Shown here piece after piece: positions 48,446 through 58,752 of a stretch of DNA of 64,000 nt (positions within the stretch are counted from its first letter, which is position 1; every line of letters begins with the position of its first letter). The stretch covers positions 2,872 through 66,871 of the forward strand of contig JAWBXB010000001.1 in the NCBI GenBank assembly GCA_038868075.1, written 5' to 3'. The notes beneath the pieces were generated by a model. It saw only the letters and a list, made by a program, of their open reading frames with translations, was not told where the DNA came from and searched no databases. The DNA is from Candidatus Bathyarchaeia archaeon. Its GTDB lineage: Archaea; Thermoproteota; Bathyarchaeia; Bathyarchaeales; DTEX01. The translations under genes and the position numbers were made by a program.

Positions 48446-48916
48446 TCACTTCCCCTTAGATGCTATTTTTACATAATCGGCAGGAACGGTAACCGGGAGA
48501 GTGAAGGCTGCTTCAAGCAATTCTACGGTTATCTCTTCTTTACTCCTATCTATATCGGTTACTTTAGCTCTCATACCTTTAAATGGTCCGCTGACAATTT
48601 CAACAATATCGTTAATATCTAGTTCCTCTATTATAGATTTGACCAAAATATATTTTTCAATCTCTGAAAGCGACATAGTGCCCTGTACCCTTGACTTAAC
48701 ATGCTTAATATTTGCAACAGCCCGCTCAACAATATGGGGTCCATCAGCCTCGATAAAAATGTAACCCTTCAAATTTTCAGGTATAAGTATTGACTTGACT
48801 GGTATATTGTTTACTTCAACGCGACCCATTATAATTTTAGCAACATTCTTTTCTTGACCAACAGTTATACTTACAGTGAAGATTCTTGCAGATTCTTCAC
48901 CCAACTCCTCACGCAC
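48446..48916 (-). CDS. spt5: Transcription elongation factor Spt5 (NusG family)
   Basis: NGN domain IFTVSITVGQEKNVA... and KOW (VEIVSGPFKGMRAKV). Confidence 0.9.
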   Translation of the reverse strand: MREELGEESARIFTVSITVGQEKNVAKIIMGRVEVNNIPVKSILIPENLKGYIFIEADGPHIVERAVANIKHVKSRVQGTMSLSEIEKYILVKSIIEELDINDIVEIVSGPFKGMRAKVTDIDRSKEEITVELLEAAFTLPVTVPADYVKIASKGK

Positions 48917-49106
48917 CTAACGGCATTTTAATAAATCCTGCAAGTAAGTATATTATGAAGCCCACTAAGCCAACTATAATTATGCCCAAAAAGCATATTT
49001 TTATAGATAACCAAAACTCATCTCTACTAGGCTTCTTAGCGAGTTTAAGCAATCTTAAGCTTGCCTTTACGAATGAAATTAAACCCAAATTTAATTCACC
49101 ATCCAA
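48909..49106 (-). CDS. secE: Protein translocase subunit SecE / Sec61-gamma
   Basis: About 65 aa with KKPSRDEFWL.. then a single TM segment. Canonical position upstream of spt5. Confidence 0.75.
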   Translation of the reverse strand: MDGELNLGLISFVKASLRLLKLAKKPSRDEFWLSIKICFLGIIIVGLVGFIIYLLAGFIKMPLGA

Positions 49107-49263
49107 TACTCAAGAAAAGAAGCCTATATAAAAGTATATCTCCAGTTCCATTAAAACATTAGCTAAGTTAATTAAGGAGTCTTCTAAGGAAAATAAGCCC
49201 CGACAACAGATATCCCCCTAAAGGTAAAGAGAGAACCGAAAAATATCATTAGGGCAAAAATAC

Positions 49264-49899
49264 TTACTTAGCATTCTCATTCCCCTTATTTTTTGGGAGA
49301 TCCGGGAATTTAATTTTCATCTTACTCTCAGCGACTATAGCTGCCTCCTCCAGTATTTTCTCAGCTTCTAATCCCTCCGCATTAAAGTTTAGGTTCTCAA
49401 TCGCGCCCTGACTAACCTCTAACATAATTTCGTCAAACATCTTTTCTGCTTGCATAAGTTCCGTATTCATCCCAGGAATAAGATCAGCTATATTTGTACG
49501 TATCTCGCCTACTATCCTCTTAGCGACATGCATAACTGATGTAAAGTTTCCAAGCTCATAGAGCGTGCGAAGCCTTACTATTGCTTTATCTAGAGACAGC
49601 TTTGAATTTATGAGTAGATCTTTATGTTTACGTATTTCTGCAAGTTCATTGGCAAATAATTTCGCTCGAGCATCATCATATTTCTCATAGGCTTGAATAA
49701 TCTTCTCTGAGAGATCTTTCTCGCGACTAGTATAGTGTTCAATGTACTCGTTCACCCTGTTTAACTGGGCTTCAATATATTTTATGGCTTTATTAACTTG
49801 AAACTTCAAAGGTTCTACTGGTCTGAGAGAGCCTCTTATACCTCTACCTTCCTCTTCCCACTTCTTAAAGAAATCGTCCGTCAATATTTCACCTTCCAC
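49264..49899 (-). CDS. ESCRT-III (Snf7/CdvB-family) protein
   Basis: About 210-aa all-helical protein. DDARAKLFANELAEIRKHKDLL...LRTLYELGNFTSVMHVAKRIVGEI...PGMNTELMQAEKMFDEIMLEV follows the ESCRT-III core pattern. Confidence 0.6.
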   Translation of the reverse strand: MEGEILTDDFFKKWEEEGRGIRGSLRPVEPLKFQVNKAIKYIEAQLNRVNEYIEHYTSREKDLSEKIIQAYEKYDDARAKLFANELAEIRKHKDLLINSKLSLDKAIVRLRTLYELGNFTSVMHVAKRIVGEIRTNIADLIPGMNTELMQAEKMFDEIMLEVSQGAIENLNFNAEGLEAEKILEEAAIVAESKMKIKFPDLPKNKGNENAK

Positions 49900-50056
49900 T
49901 TAAAGTGTGGGGGATATGAGTCATAATTAGGATTTCTAACATGTAGGTATACATAAAAAAGGATACGCATATATTTATATGCAAATAAGTAGTTTACAAT
50001 ATATTCCATTCATAGAGCGGTAATCAAATCTTTATGTAGGATTGGGGAGGAGTAAC

Positions 50057-50809
50057 ATGGCTATTGATAGAGTATTAACTGGCATCCCAGGGTTCGATGA
50101 TATATTAAATGGGGGCATACCTAAGCGTAATGTAGTCCTTCTAGCTGGCGGTCCTGGAACTGGAAAATCAATATTTGGCTATCAATATTTATTTAATGGG
50201 TTAGTGAGGAATCAGCCGGGTGTACTTGTAGCGTTAGAAGAGCATCCCGTTCAGATAAGGTTGTCCATGTCACAGTTCGGTTGGGATGTTACATCGTATG
50301 AGGAGAAGGGTAAATTTGCTCTAGTTGACGCTTTTACCGCTGGAATAGGTGAAGCTGCTAAAAGAGAGAAATATGTTGTTAGGGCACCGGATGATTTTCA
50401 GTCACTTATTGATGTTCTCAGATCTGCTGTTAAAGATATTGGCGCGGAAAGAGTTGTTGTAGACTCGGTTACAACGCTCTATATAACTAAGCCTACCTTA
50501 GCCAGGAGTATGGTTCTCCAACTTAAAAAGGTTTTATCTGGTTTAGGATGTACATCAATACTTGTCTCGCAAGTAAGTGTTACTGAGAGGGGATTTGGCG
50601 GTCCAGGTGTTGAGCACGCGGCTGATGGAATAATTAGACTTGATTTAGATGAGATTAATGGTGAGCTTAAACGTAGCATTATTGTTTGGAAAATGCGTGG
50701 AACGGCACACTCAATGAGAAGGCATCCATTTGAGATAACTGATAAAGGTCTTATTGTTAAGTCGAGAGAAATTATTACAGTAGCTAGGAGGGTGAGTGAA
50801 GTTGAGTGA
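50057..50809 (+). CDS. KaiC/RecA-superfamily ATPase (single KaiC-like domain)
   Basis: [33 protein letters not shown] (Walker A), VVVDSVT (Walker B). ATG at 50057 follows GGGGAGGAG. Confidence 0.8.
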   Translation: MAIDRVLTGIPGFDDILNGGIPKRNVVLLAGGPGTGKSIFGYQYLFNGLVRNQPGVLVALEEHPVQIRLSMSQFGWDVTSYEEKGKFALVDAFTAGIGEAAKREKYVVRAPDDFQSLIDVLRSAVKDIGAERVVVDSVTTLYITKPTLARSMVLQLKKVLSGLGCTSILVSQVSVTERGFGGPGVEHAADGIIRLDLDEINGELKRSIIVWKMRGTAHSMRRHPFEITDKGLIVKSREIITVARRVSEVE

Positions 50810-51275
50810 AATACCTCTCTCACCAATTGGAAGAGAGCAAATCCATAAGCTTGAGGCTCTACTTCTAGTAAATAGTATTCTGAGACCGGATGTTCTCGAG
50901 GAATTAAGAAACCCTGAGGAAAGAATAACTTGGGTTGATAGCCTCGCTGTTGCAGCAGCTTTAGCCAGAGAGAAGGCGAAGATGGCAGTGACCCGGATAG
51001 CTGAGGAGATTGGAAGAACAGAATCTACTATAAAAAACCATCTCCAAGGCAAAACTAGGGCTGGGCAAATAGTGAGGGAGACATATGAAAAGATATCTAG
51101 AGAGGGTCTGAGTATAATCTTACCAGAAAACGTTATGTTGAAGGAAGAAAACCAGCGCTTAAAGTCCGAGCTAGACGAAGAAAGAAGGAAAAGACAGGAA
51201 ATGCAAAAAATTCTTGAGAGCGTACATGAAACACTAACACAGATACTTAATCAGATAAGTAAAATTAAGGTTTAA
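50796..51275 (+). CDS. Putative HTH DNA-binding protein with C-terminal coiled coil
   Basis: [23 protein letters not shown] (HTH-like) and [26 protein letters not shown] (coiled coil). GTG start overlaps the KaiC-like stop by 14 nt. Confidence 0.45.
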   Translation: MKLSEIPLSPIGREQIHKLEALLLVNSILRPDVLEELRNPEERITWVDSLAVAAALAREKAKMAVTRIAEEIGRTESTIKNHLQGKTRAGQIVRETYEKISREGLSIILPENVMLKEENQRLKSELDEERRKRQEMQKILESVHETLTQILNQISKIKV

Positions 51276-51339
51276 ATCAGATAAACAGCAAGAATTATTT
51301 TGATCAAAGATAAAAAATACATTCTCGGAGGTTTAAGTA

Positions 51340-51861
51340 GTGGAAATATTTGGTATATTTAAATCTAGAAGAAGTATTCGCTCTTTCACTGGCGAAAATG
51401 TTAGCGATGAAAAGATTGAGAAGATTATTGAGGCTGCAAGATGGGCTCCTTCAGCTGGAAATATTCAACCATGGGAATTTATTGTTATTAGGAGACTTGA
51501 GACTAAAAGGGAGATTGCTAAAGCCGCATTAAATCAATTCTTTATAGAGGAAGCCCCGGTAGTTATAGTTGTATGTGCAGATGAAGCTAGATCTAGTAGG
51601 GTATATGGGAGCCGTGGGGCAAGTCTCTATTGCATACAGGATACAGCCGCCGCAATTGAGAATATGCTTCTAGCTATTTGTGCGCTTGGTTTAGGAGCAT
51701 GCTGGGTTGGAGCCTTCAATGAGGAGGAGGTTAAGCGAATTTTAAGAATACCTAGAGGCTTAAGGCCTGTGGCAATAATACCTATAGGGCATCCAGCTGA
51801 GAGACCATCCCCACCACATAAGAGGACATTAAAAGATATTATTCACTACGAGATTTTTTAA
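51340..51861 (+). CDS. Nitroreductase-family protein
   Basis: RRSIRSFTGENVSDEKIEKIIEAARWAPSAGNIQPWEFIVI. Confidence 0.85.
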   Translation: MEIFGIFKSRRSIRSFTGENVSDEKIEKIIEAARWAPSAGNIQPWEFIVIRRLETKREIAKAALNQFFIEEAPVVIVVCADEARSSRVYGSRGASLYCIQDTAAAIENMLLAICALGLGACWVGAFNEEEVKRILRIPRGLRPVAIIPIGHPAERPSPPHKRTLKDIIHYEIF

Positions 51862-51907
51862 GAGAGACTCTCACATGTTCTGATAAACCAGAATAACCGA
51901 AAAATAT

Positions 51908-52342
51908 TTACACTTTTCTAATCTCACAAAGATTACTGGCGGTTTCTAAAATCTCATATGCCTGCCTATTTGTTAATGGATAACCGTGCCAGCATCGCCC
52001 TCTCGCTTTAAGACCGCCTAGAACAGTCTCTTTAATAGGTAGTGGTGGCTCAAATCTATATAGCTCACTAAACAATATAGCCCCCTTCCAGCCCATTCTT
52101 TCACATTCATGTCTCTCTTCATCTTGAAGGAGATCTCTCTTAACAAATTTGTTAACAATACCATAGCCGACAAAAGAGTCACCTCTATCAGATCGCCTAG
52201 CTAAAAATATCAGGCTATTCTCCTCCCATCGTCTAATAATTCCTGGATAATACTTCTTTATTGTGAAGACTTGCTTAAACCATTCTTCCTTAGTTACTCG
52301 CAGAATAAAATTTTTAGGAGCAATTTTGCCTTCTCCACCCAA
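51908..52342 (-). CDS. Hypothetical protein (possibly PUA-like/ASCH-EVE fold)
   Basis: Intact 144-aa ORF with no motif I can name confidently. The fold suggestion is a guess from length and pattern. Confidence 0.3.
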   Translation of the reverse strand: MGGEGKIAPKNFILRVTKEEWFKQVFTIKKYYPGIIRRWEENSLIFLARRSDRGDSFVGYGIVNKFVKRDLLQDEERHECERMGWKGAILFSELYRFEPPLPIKETVLGGLKARGRCWHGYPLTNRQAYEILETASNLCEIRKV

Positions 52343-52414
52343 GATATCACCGTCCTAAAAGTTAGATTAAATGAGTGGGAAGCGGTTTAAAATCTTAACT
52401 CTCCTAAAATAGAT

Positions 52415-53665
52415 CTATTTTATTATTCCGTAACCAATTAGTCTCCATCTTCCCATCATTTTCCGGCTTATTGCAACTCTAGAATTCTCTTTAGCGCAAA
52501 CTGGACGTGTAAGCTTAAGATCGGCAGTATCACCCTTTATATGTGTGACGCTTCCAGTTGTAATCGCCGTTCCAACATCCAGTAGAAGAGCCTCTCCAAC
52601 GCTCACTCTCTTAACTTCAGTTTGCTCTTTTGCCCCAACAACACGCTCAAAGAGATGAATCTCCATAGTTAGCTCATATCTCGTAGGTGGAAGTGAGCCA
52701 GGTTTTCCAGCAACATTTCCAGCTAATCCATCAGCTTTTGTTAAAGAGGGATCTAAGAGGGTACCAACTCCAACCAACCCACCGCACATAGCCTCCTTAA
52801 CATATCTGCCACCTGCATGTAAACTCGTTATCTTTGTGAAGAGTGGTTCATACACTCCCTTGCCTTGGAGACTTATTCCAGGTCTTATTTCGAGTTCCTC
52901 TTCAACCCTAAACTTACCCTGAAGTATTGAGCCCCCTATAACTCCTCCAGTAAGATCTTCAATGGGTGTTCCAGGTTTATTTACGTCAAAGGAGCGGACA
53001 ACATACATTTGCGGCGGCTTCGTTGGGTCCCTGGATGGTGTCGGAATATACTTTTCTATAGCATACAATAACAGGTCTATGTTAACTGAGTGAAGTGCCG
53101 ATACCGGGATTATTGGCGCTCCCTCTGCCACCGTTCCTTTTGTGAATTCAATTATCTCCTTATAGCTTTCGAGAGCCCTCTTCTTGTCAACTAAATCTAT
53201 CTTGGTCTGGGCTATAACTACTTTATTAACGCCCACTATTTCTATCGCTGCAAGATGTTCACGGGTTTGGGGTTGAGGGCATGGCTCATCAGCAGCTATA
53301 ACTAAAATGACACCATCCATAACAGCTGCTCCAGAAAGCATAGTCGCCATTAAAGCCTCATGTCCAGGCGAGTCCACAAAGCTCAGTGCCCTAATAAATT
53401 CGCCCTTAGCTCCGCAATTTGGACAAATTTCGCTTGTTGAATAATTATGCGGGGGTTCACATACAGGACATTTATAGACTGCTGCATCAGCATATCCAAG
53501 CTTTATTGTAATACCTCTCTTCAACTCCTCACTATGTCTCGCCGCCCAAACGCCAGTAAGCGCCTCAACAAGAGTTGTCTTCCCATGATCAACATGACCT
53601 ATCGTACCGATATTAACTTCGGGTTGACGCGGCAGCCCACCAACTTTAACCATACTTATCAACAC
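52415..53665 (-). CDS. eif2g: Translation initiation factor aIF2 gamma
   Basis: [15 protein letters not shown], the Zn-knuckle CPVC...CPNCG, DSPGHE, TKIDL. Confidence 0.95.
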   Translation of the reverse strand: MLISMVKVGGLPRQPEVNIGTIGHVDHGKTTLVEALTGVWAARHSEELKRGITIKLGYADAAVYKCPVCEPPHNYSTSEICPNCGAKGEFIRALSFVDSPGHEALMATMLSGAAVMDGVILVIAADEPCPQPQTREHLAAIEIVGVNKVVIAQTKIDLVDKKRALESYKEIIEFTKGTVAEGAPIIPVSALHSVNIDLLLYAIEKYIPTPSRDPTKPPQMYVVRSFDVNKPGTPIEDLTGGVIGGSILQGKFRVEEELEIRPGISLQGKGVYEPLFTKITSLHAGGRYVKEAMCGGLVGVGTLLDPSLTKADGLAGNVAGKPGSLPPTRYELTMEIHLFERVVGAKEQTEVKRVSVGEALLLDVGTAITTGSVTHIKGDTADLKLTRPVCAKENSRVAISRKMMGRWRLIGYGIIK

Positions 53666-53776
53666 TATGAGGTGAATCTGGACAAATATAAAGACATCGA
53701 TGATTAATAAATATTAAAAGAGAGAATATAGAGGATACAAGAAGTTTTTATAGGACAAACATGTTTTAAAGATTGA

Positions 53777-54376
53777 GTGGTGGCTAATATGACCACATGC
53801 AGTAAATGCGGCTTTAGGTTACCTAGCGATGCAGCTTTCTGCCCCAATTGTGGAAGCCCAATTAAAAAATTTGAAGAACGCGCTCTTCCATCAGATTTCG
53901 TGGGAAATCTTTTAATATTGGGATTAATAGGCACATTTTTATCACTTTCAATCTCAATGCTTGCCGGCTCCATAGAATTATATTTCCTACCATCATTTTT
54001 CTCAGCCTTAGTAGTCATATACTTTTCGAGAACTAAAAGACTTAAGGACGCCATTATAATTGCTGCAACAATATATCTTTTCACAGACGCAATACTCACC
54101 GGACTATTCCTCGGCACCCTCTTTGCAACACAGCGACCTATAGATTCATACTATGCAGAATACTATAGGAATTATATACCAACAATAATCGATGTTCTAA
54201 TGTACTCAATATCGCCAGTAATGGCAGTAGTATCTGGTTACATTGGCTTTAAAATAGCTCCAAAAAGAAGAGAGGAAGTATATGAATATCCTAGGGAAAG
54301 CGGTATTGGACCTACGCTAGTTTACAGTATTAAAAATACTTTCAAAAAATTTAAATATGGTGTCATAGGCTCTTAA
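53777..54376 (+). CDS. Zinc-ribbon membrane protein
   Basis: N-terminal CSKCG...CPNCG ribbon followed by about 4 hydrophobic segments. Confidence 0.5.
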   Translation: MVANMTTCSKCGFRLPSDAAFCPNCGSPIKKFEERALPSDFVGNLLILGLIGTFLSLSISMLAGSIELYFLPSFFSALVVIYFSRTKRLKDAIIIAATIYLFTDAILTGLFLGTLFATQRPIDSYYAEYYRNYIPTIIDVLMYSISPVMAVVSGYIGFKIAPKRREEVYEYPRESGIGPTLVYSIKNTFKKFKYGVIGS

Positions 54377-54410
54377 TACAAGTTGAGCAAAACTGCGTGG
54401 CTGCACCCAA

Positions 54411-54686
54411 ATGAACGTACCTAAGGAGATAAGAACTTACTGTCCAAGGTGCAATAAGCACACTGTGCATACTGTTTCCCTCTATAAGGATGGCAGACGC
54501 AGGGCTCTCGCTAAAGGCGAGAGAGCTCATGAAAGGGAAAGGAAGGGTTACGGTGGGCAAAAGTACCCCATGCTTAAACGTAAGGCTAAGACAACAAAGA
54601 AACAAACATTAAAGCTTAGATGTAAAGATTGTGGTCATATTATTCACAAGGAAGGTGTACGTCTAAAGAAACTTACAATACAGTAG
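54411..54686 (+). CDS. rpl44e: Ribosomal protein eL42 (L44e)
   Basis: YCPRCNKHTVHTV...KGYGGQ..P....KTTKK..L.L.C..C. Confidence 0.9.
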   Translation: MNVPKEIRTYCPRCNKHTVHTVSLYKDGRRRALAKGERAHERERKGYGGQKYPMLKRKAKTTKKQTLKLRCKDCGHIIHKEGVRLKKLTIQ

Positions 54687-54713
54687 AATTTTGGCGGGAA
54701 ACTTTGGGGGTAG

Positions 54714-54917
54714 TTGAAGTTGAAGATTTGGGAGAAGATCATACCTAAACCTAAAAGCAATTTTCTTCAAGTTAAATGTCCAGAGTGCGGTAATGAACAA
54801 ATAATATTCAGTCATGTAGCATCAATTGTTCGCTGTAATATTTGCAGCGCTATTCTCGCGGAGCCAACTGGCGGGAAAGCAAATATAAAAGGCGAAATAA
54901 TAACTAGATTCGAGTAA
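54714..54917 (+). CDS. rps27e: Ribosomal protein eS27 (S27e)
   Basis: [40 protein letters not shown]. Confidence 0.9.
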   Translation: MKLKIWEKIIPKPKSNFLQVKCPECGNEQIIFSHVASIVRCNICSAILAEPTGGKANIKGEIITRFE

Positions 54918-54937
54918 GTAGAGCGCTGGAATGAAAT

Positions 54938-55729
54938 ATGCCAATAGTTAAAGGCAATGAATGGCCTGAAGTTGGCGAACTCGTAATATCTACAGTTAAC
55001 GAGATAAGTGATTATGGCGCATATGTAACTTTAGATGAATATGGTAAAGAAGGCTTCCTCCATATTTCCGAGATATCATCTGGCTGGATAAGGAATATCC
55101 GCGACTACGTCCGTGAAGGTGAAAAAGTCGTCTTAAAGGTTTTAAGAGTTAACCCAGAGAAAAATCAAATAGACCTATCACTTAGGAGAGTCACACAACG
55201 TGAAAAAAGAGAGAAGATTTTATTATGGAAAAGAAGCCGGAAGGCTGAGAGTATCCTTAGGAGTGCATCACAGAAACTTGGAATGACCTTGGAGGAATTA
55301 TATGAGAAGGTTGCTGAGCCTCTTGAGAGGACCTTTAGTGATATTTATGAGGGATTAGAGACCGCTGCGAGGGAGGGAGTGGACGCGTTACTTAAAATTG
55401 GCTTGCCAAAAGAAATAGCTGAAGCTCTCACGGCGATTGCAAAAGAAAAAATTAGGGTTTCAGAAGCCAAAGTTAAAGGAGTATTAAATCTAACATGTAT
55501 AAAGCCTGATGGCATCTTAAGGATAAAGGAAGCGTTACTAAAGGCTAAGGAAAGCGGATCAAAAAAGGGAACAAATGTTAGGATTTACGTAGTGGCCCCG
55601 CCTAAATATCACGTTGAGGTTACAGCTAAAGATTATAGAGAGGCAAATTCTATTCTAAAGATTGTGGCTGACACTGCCATAGACATGATAACTAAGCTTG
55701 GCGGACATGGATCATTTGAGAGTGAATAA
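54938..55729 (+). CDS. eif2a: Translation initiation factor aIF2 alpha
   Basis: S1 domain (GELVISTV..ISDYGAYVTLDEY.KEGFLHISEISSGWIRNIRD) and the C-terminal alpha-beta domain. Confidence 0.95.
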   Translation: MPIVKGNEWPEVGELVISTVNEISDYGAYVTLDEYGKEGFLHISEISSGWIRNIRDYVREGEKVVLKVLRVNPEKNQIDLSLRRVTQREKREKILLWKRSRKAESILRSASQKLGMTLEELYEKVAEPLERTFSDIYEGLETAAREGVDALLKIGLPKEIAEALTAIAKEKIRVSEAKVKGVLNLTCIKPDGILRIKEALLKAKESGSKKGTNVRIYVVAPPKYHVEVTAKDYREANSILKIVADTAIDMITKLGGHGSFESE

Positions 55730-55734
55730 AAGCT

Positions 55735-55932
55735 ATGGTTTGGCTATTAAGAAAGTGCGTAAAATGCGGGGAATACACGCTTAAAAAAACATCGTGCCCA
55801 TATTGTAATGGGGAAGTGCGCATTCCTCATCCAGCAAAATTTTCACCGGACGATAAATATGCCATTTATAAAAGCGCCCTAAGGAGCTGGTTGTATGAAA
55901 AAGACAATGATAGTAGAGAAAGAAAGGGTTAA
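55735..55932 (+). CDS. nop10: H/ACA RNP protein Nop10
   Basis: LRKCVKCGEYTLKKTSCPYCNGEVRIPHPAKFSPDDKY. Confidence 0.85.
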   Translation: MVWLLRKCVKCGEYTLKKTSCPYCNGEVRIPHPAKFSPDDKYAIYKSALRSWLYEKDNDSRERKG

Positions 55933-56668
55933 ATTGAAAAATCCCATTCTTATAGAGGGACTTCCTGGACTTGGAATGGTTGGCAGAATAACCGTTAAAT
56001 ATTTAATAAGGCAACTTAAAGCTAAAAAGTTCGCTGAACTTTATTCACCTCACTTCGCCTATTATGTTCTCGTCAACGAGGAGGGTAGCATAAATCTTCT
56101 TAAAAATGAATTTTATTATTGGAATAATGAATCTGGTGAAAACGACTTAATACTTTTAACTGGCGAGAGCCAAGCGCAAACAATTGAGGGACAGTATGAA
56201 GTGGCAGATACAATACTTGAGTTTGCAAAGAATAAGAATGTTAAGTTAATAATAACAATTGGAGGGTATAGAAAAGATGTTGTGGACACACCGCAAGTTT
56301 TAGCTTCAGCCACAAGCCCAGAGACTCTTAGAAAAGCTTTGGAAGCGGGATCCCTTAGCAGTCCTTCCGGAAGCCCGATTGTCGGAGCCGCTGGGCTAAT
56401 GTTAGGTTTAGCTAAACTTAAAGATATTGAGGGAATATGTTTACTGGGCGAGACACCTGGTTACATACCTGACCCAAGACCCGCTAAAAGCATTCTAACA
56501 GTTCTTATGAGAATGTTAAATTTAAAGCTGGATTTATCAGATTTAGATAAGGAGATTCATAGAATTGCGCAGATTGAGGAGCAGATGAGGAAGATAGAGG
56601 AGCAACGTAGAGCAACCGAAAGAGAGATTAGGAGAATGGAGGAGGAAAAAATTTCCTATATTGGATAA
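55895..56668 (+). CDS. PAC2-family proteasome assembly chaperone (PbaA/B-like)
   Basis: LIEGLPGLGMVGRITVKYLIRQLKAKKFAELYSPHF... plus a charged C-terminal tail. Confidence 0.7.
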   Translation: MKKTMIVEKERVKLKNPILIEGLPGLGMVGRITVKYLIRQLKAKKFAELYSPHFAYYVLVNEEGSINLLKNEFYYWNNESGENDLILLTGESQAQTIEGQYEVADTILEFAKNKNVKLIITIGGYRKDVVDTPQVLASATSPETLRKALEAGSLSSPSGSPIVGAAGLMLGLAKLKDIEGICLLGETPGYIPDPRPAKSILTVLMRMLNLKLDLSDLDKEIHRIAQIEEQMRKIEEQRRATEREIRRMEEEKISYIG

Positions 56669-56709
56669 GATGGATAATTGTAAGATAGTTGTATAGTTGT
56701 AATCTAACA

Positions 56710-57303
56710 TTATATAATGAAGTCCTGTTTCTTCCTCATATACTTCTGTAGAATAGTCTTATATTCTTCTAAATCACTAATTGTATGGTTTATTGCGCTT
56801 ATATGAAGGTTTATAGTATCGTAAATTTCCGCTTCTGAATCAGCCTCAAGTATATCGCTTTCAATTTGCTCAACTATCAGCTGTGTAAGTTCATTTCGTC
56901 TAGAGACTGATTTAAATGAATCTAAGATTTTCCTCTTAAGTTCATTCACATGAGGTTTAGGTAAATCCCCTCTAATAATTTGGTTTGCAATCTCATTTAT
57001 AATACTCTCATCGGATAAGGGCATGCTCTTTCTAGTGGCTACTTCACCTTTAGGCGTCAAAAATATGATCAGTGGGACACTATTAACATTATAGAGTTCC
57101 GCTAGTTCGCTATTCTCCGGCTCTTCAATATTAATTAGGTGAATATGAATATCCTTCCTCTTTTTTTGAAGTCTCCTTATTATTGGAAGCAGACTCCTTC
57201 TGCTTTCATAGAGATCCGAATAGAAGTATATTATCTCAACTTTCACTTTCTCTTTCCCGCTCATAAATATTCTACCACATCTTCCTTCAACAATATTCTT
57301 CAT
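56710..57303 (-). CDS. Thioredoxin-fold protein lacking a CxxC motif, with C-terminal helical extension
   Basis: VEIIYFYSD...ELAELYNVNSVPLIIFLTPKGEV resembles the Trx-fold beta-alpha-beta pattern. No redox Cys pair. Confidence 0.4.
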   Translation of the reverse strand: MKNIVEGRCGRIFMSGKEKVKVEIIYFYSDLYESRRSLLPIIRRLQKKRKDIHIHLINIEEPENSELAELYNVNSVPLIIFLTPKGEVATRKSMPLSDESIINEIANQIIRGDLPKPHVNELKRKILDSFKSVSRRNELTQLIVEQIESDILEADSEAEIYDTINLHISAINHTISDLEEYKTILQKYMRKKQDFII

Positions 57304-57353
57304 TAATTAAAAAATAAGGGCAAGTACTGAATTTTCAAAAAGCCATATAATAG

Positions 57354-58655
57354 CTAAGCCTTCTTAGTTATCTCCTTAACTATGCCAGCGGCAATTGTTG
57401 TTCCCATGTCACGTATGGCGAACCTGCCCAGCTCTGGAAACTCTGTGTAAACTTCCAAGCATACTGGTCTCACAGGCTCAAATCTGACGAGTGCAGCGTC
57501 CCCAGTTTTAAGGAATGCTGGTTTCTCTTCTACTACCTGACCAGTTCTCGGATCAATTTTTCTTATGAGCTCAGCAAACTTACATGCAACTTGCGCCGTG
57601 TGAACATGGAGTACCGGTGTATATCCAGCAGCTATGGCTGTCGGATGATAGATAACTATTATTTGTCCTATGAACTCCTTAGCTACGGTTGGCGGATGCT
57701 CCGGATGCCCAGCAACATCACCTCTCCTTATATCAGTCTTCGCTAAGCCCCTAACGTTAAAACCTATATTGTCTCCAGGTTCAGCCCTAGGTATTCTGAC
57801 ATAGTGAGTTTCAATAGACTTCACTTCACCTATTTTGCCAGAGGGCATAAAAATTACTTTGTCTCCCTCTTTCAGCACACCTGTCTCAACACGTCCAACA
57901 GGTACTGTGCCAACACCAGTTATTGAATATACGTCTTGTACTGGTATTCTAAGAGGTTTATCGATCGGCTTAGGCGGCACCTCAAATAAATCTAGGGCTT
58001 CATACAATGTTGGACCTTTATACCAAGTCATGTTCGGGCTCGGCTTAATTAGGTTATCGCCCGTCCATCCTGATGTTGGAATAAATGGTATCTTCGCAAC
58101 ATTGTAGCCAACTAATCTCAGCATTCGGCTCACTTCATTCTTAATCTCCTCGTAGCGCTCCTTACTCCAGTTAACAGTTGGATCATCCATTTTATTTATG
58201 CATACTATGAGTTGTCTGACTCCTAAAGTAAACGCTAGAAAGGCGTGCTCTCTAGTCTGTCCTCCTGGACCTATACCAGCTTCAAACTCACCCTTCTTAG
58301 CCGAGACGAAGAGAATTGCTGCATCAGCTTGGCTTGCCCCGGTTATCATGTTCTTTACGAAGTCCCTATGTCCCGGCGCATCTATAATTGTGAAGAAGTA
58401 TTTCGGAGTCTCAAACTTTAGATATCGTAAATCTATTGTCAGACCCCTTTCTCGCTCCTCCTTAAGATTGTCAAGTATCCAAGCATACTTAAACGATTCC
58501 TTACCCATTTTTCTGGCTTCTTCCTCATACTGTTTCACTGTCCGCTCATCGACTACACCAGCTAAATATAGGAAATGTCCCATCGTCGTTGATTTACCAT
58601 GGTCTACATGTCCAATTATAACTAGGTTTAAGTGGGGTTTTTCTGGCTTGCTCAT
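57354..58655 (-). CDS. tuf: Translation elongation factor EF-1 alpha (aEF1A)
   Basis: [27 protein letters not shown], etc. Confidence 0.97.
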   Translation of the reverse strand: MSKPEKPHLNLVIIGHVDHGKSTTMGHFLYLAGVVDERTVKQYEEEARKMGKESFKYAWILDNLKEERERGLTIDLRYLKFETPKYFFTIIDAPGHRDFVKNMITGASQADAAILFVSAKKGEFEAGIGPGGQTREHAFLAFTLGVRQLIVCINKMDDPTVNWSKERYEEIKNEVSRMLRLVGYNVAKIPFIPTSGWTGDNLIKPSPNMTWYKGPTLYEALDLFEVPPKPIDKPLRIPVQDVYSITGVGTVPVGRVETGVLKEGDKVIFMPSGKIGEVKSIETHYVRIPRAEPGDNIGFNVRGLAKTDIRRGDVAGHPEHPPTVAKEFIGQIIVIYHPTAIAAGYTPVLHVHTAQVACKFAELIRKIDPRTGQVVEEKPAFLKTGDAALVRFEPVRPVCLEVYTEFPELGRFAIRDMGTTIAAGIVKEITKKA

Positions 58656-58752
58656 CCTTCATCCTCCAAACACATGCCCTAATTCTTTAGCTTGATAAAT
58701 TCATACTGCTCAATTATTTTAAGTTTACTTTTTTAATTATTTAAAGGTTCTT

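Noticed and set aside
47945-48622. 225-aa plus-strand ORF, and many similar long antisense ORFs (e.g. 16362..16850, 17644..18111, 19756..20241, 16916..17347, 30964..31416, 58198..58695, 50479..51052).
   Set aside because: Each lies antisense to a confidently identified conserved gene (L11/Spt5, hypE, Mrp ATPase, corrinoid protein, hypA, cmk-like, EF-1alpha, KaiC-like). Each encodes low-complexity Ser/Pro/Leu/Ile-rich sequence. They are shadow ORFs.
56710-57303. Thioredoxin-fold protein lacking CxxC, considered as a notable finding.
   Set aside because: The fold assignment itself rests only on a weak pattern impression, and redox-inactive Trx-like proteins are common. It is not strong enough to flag.
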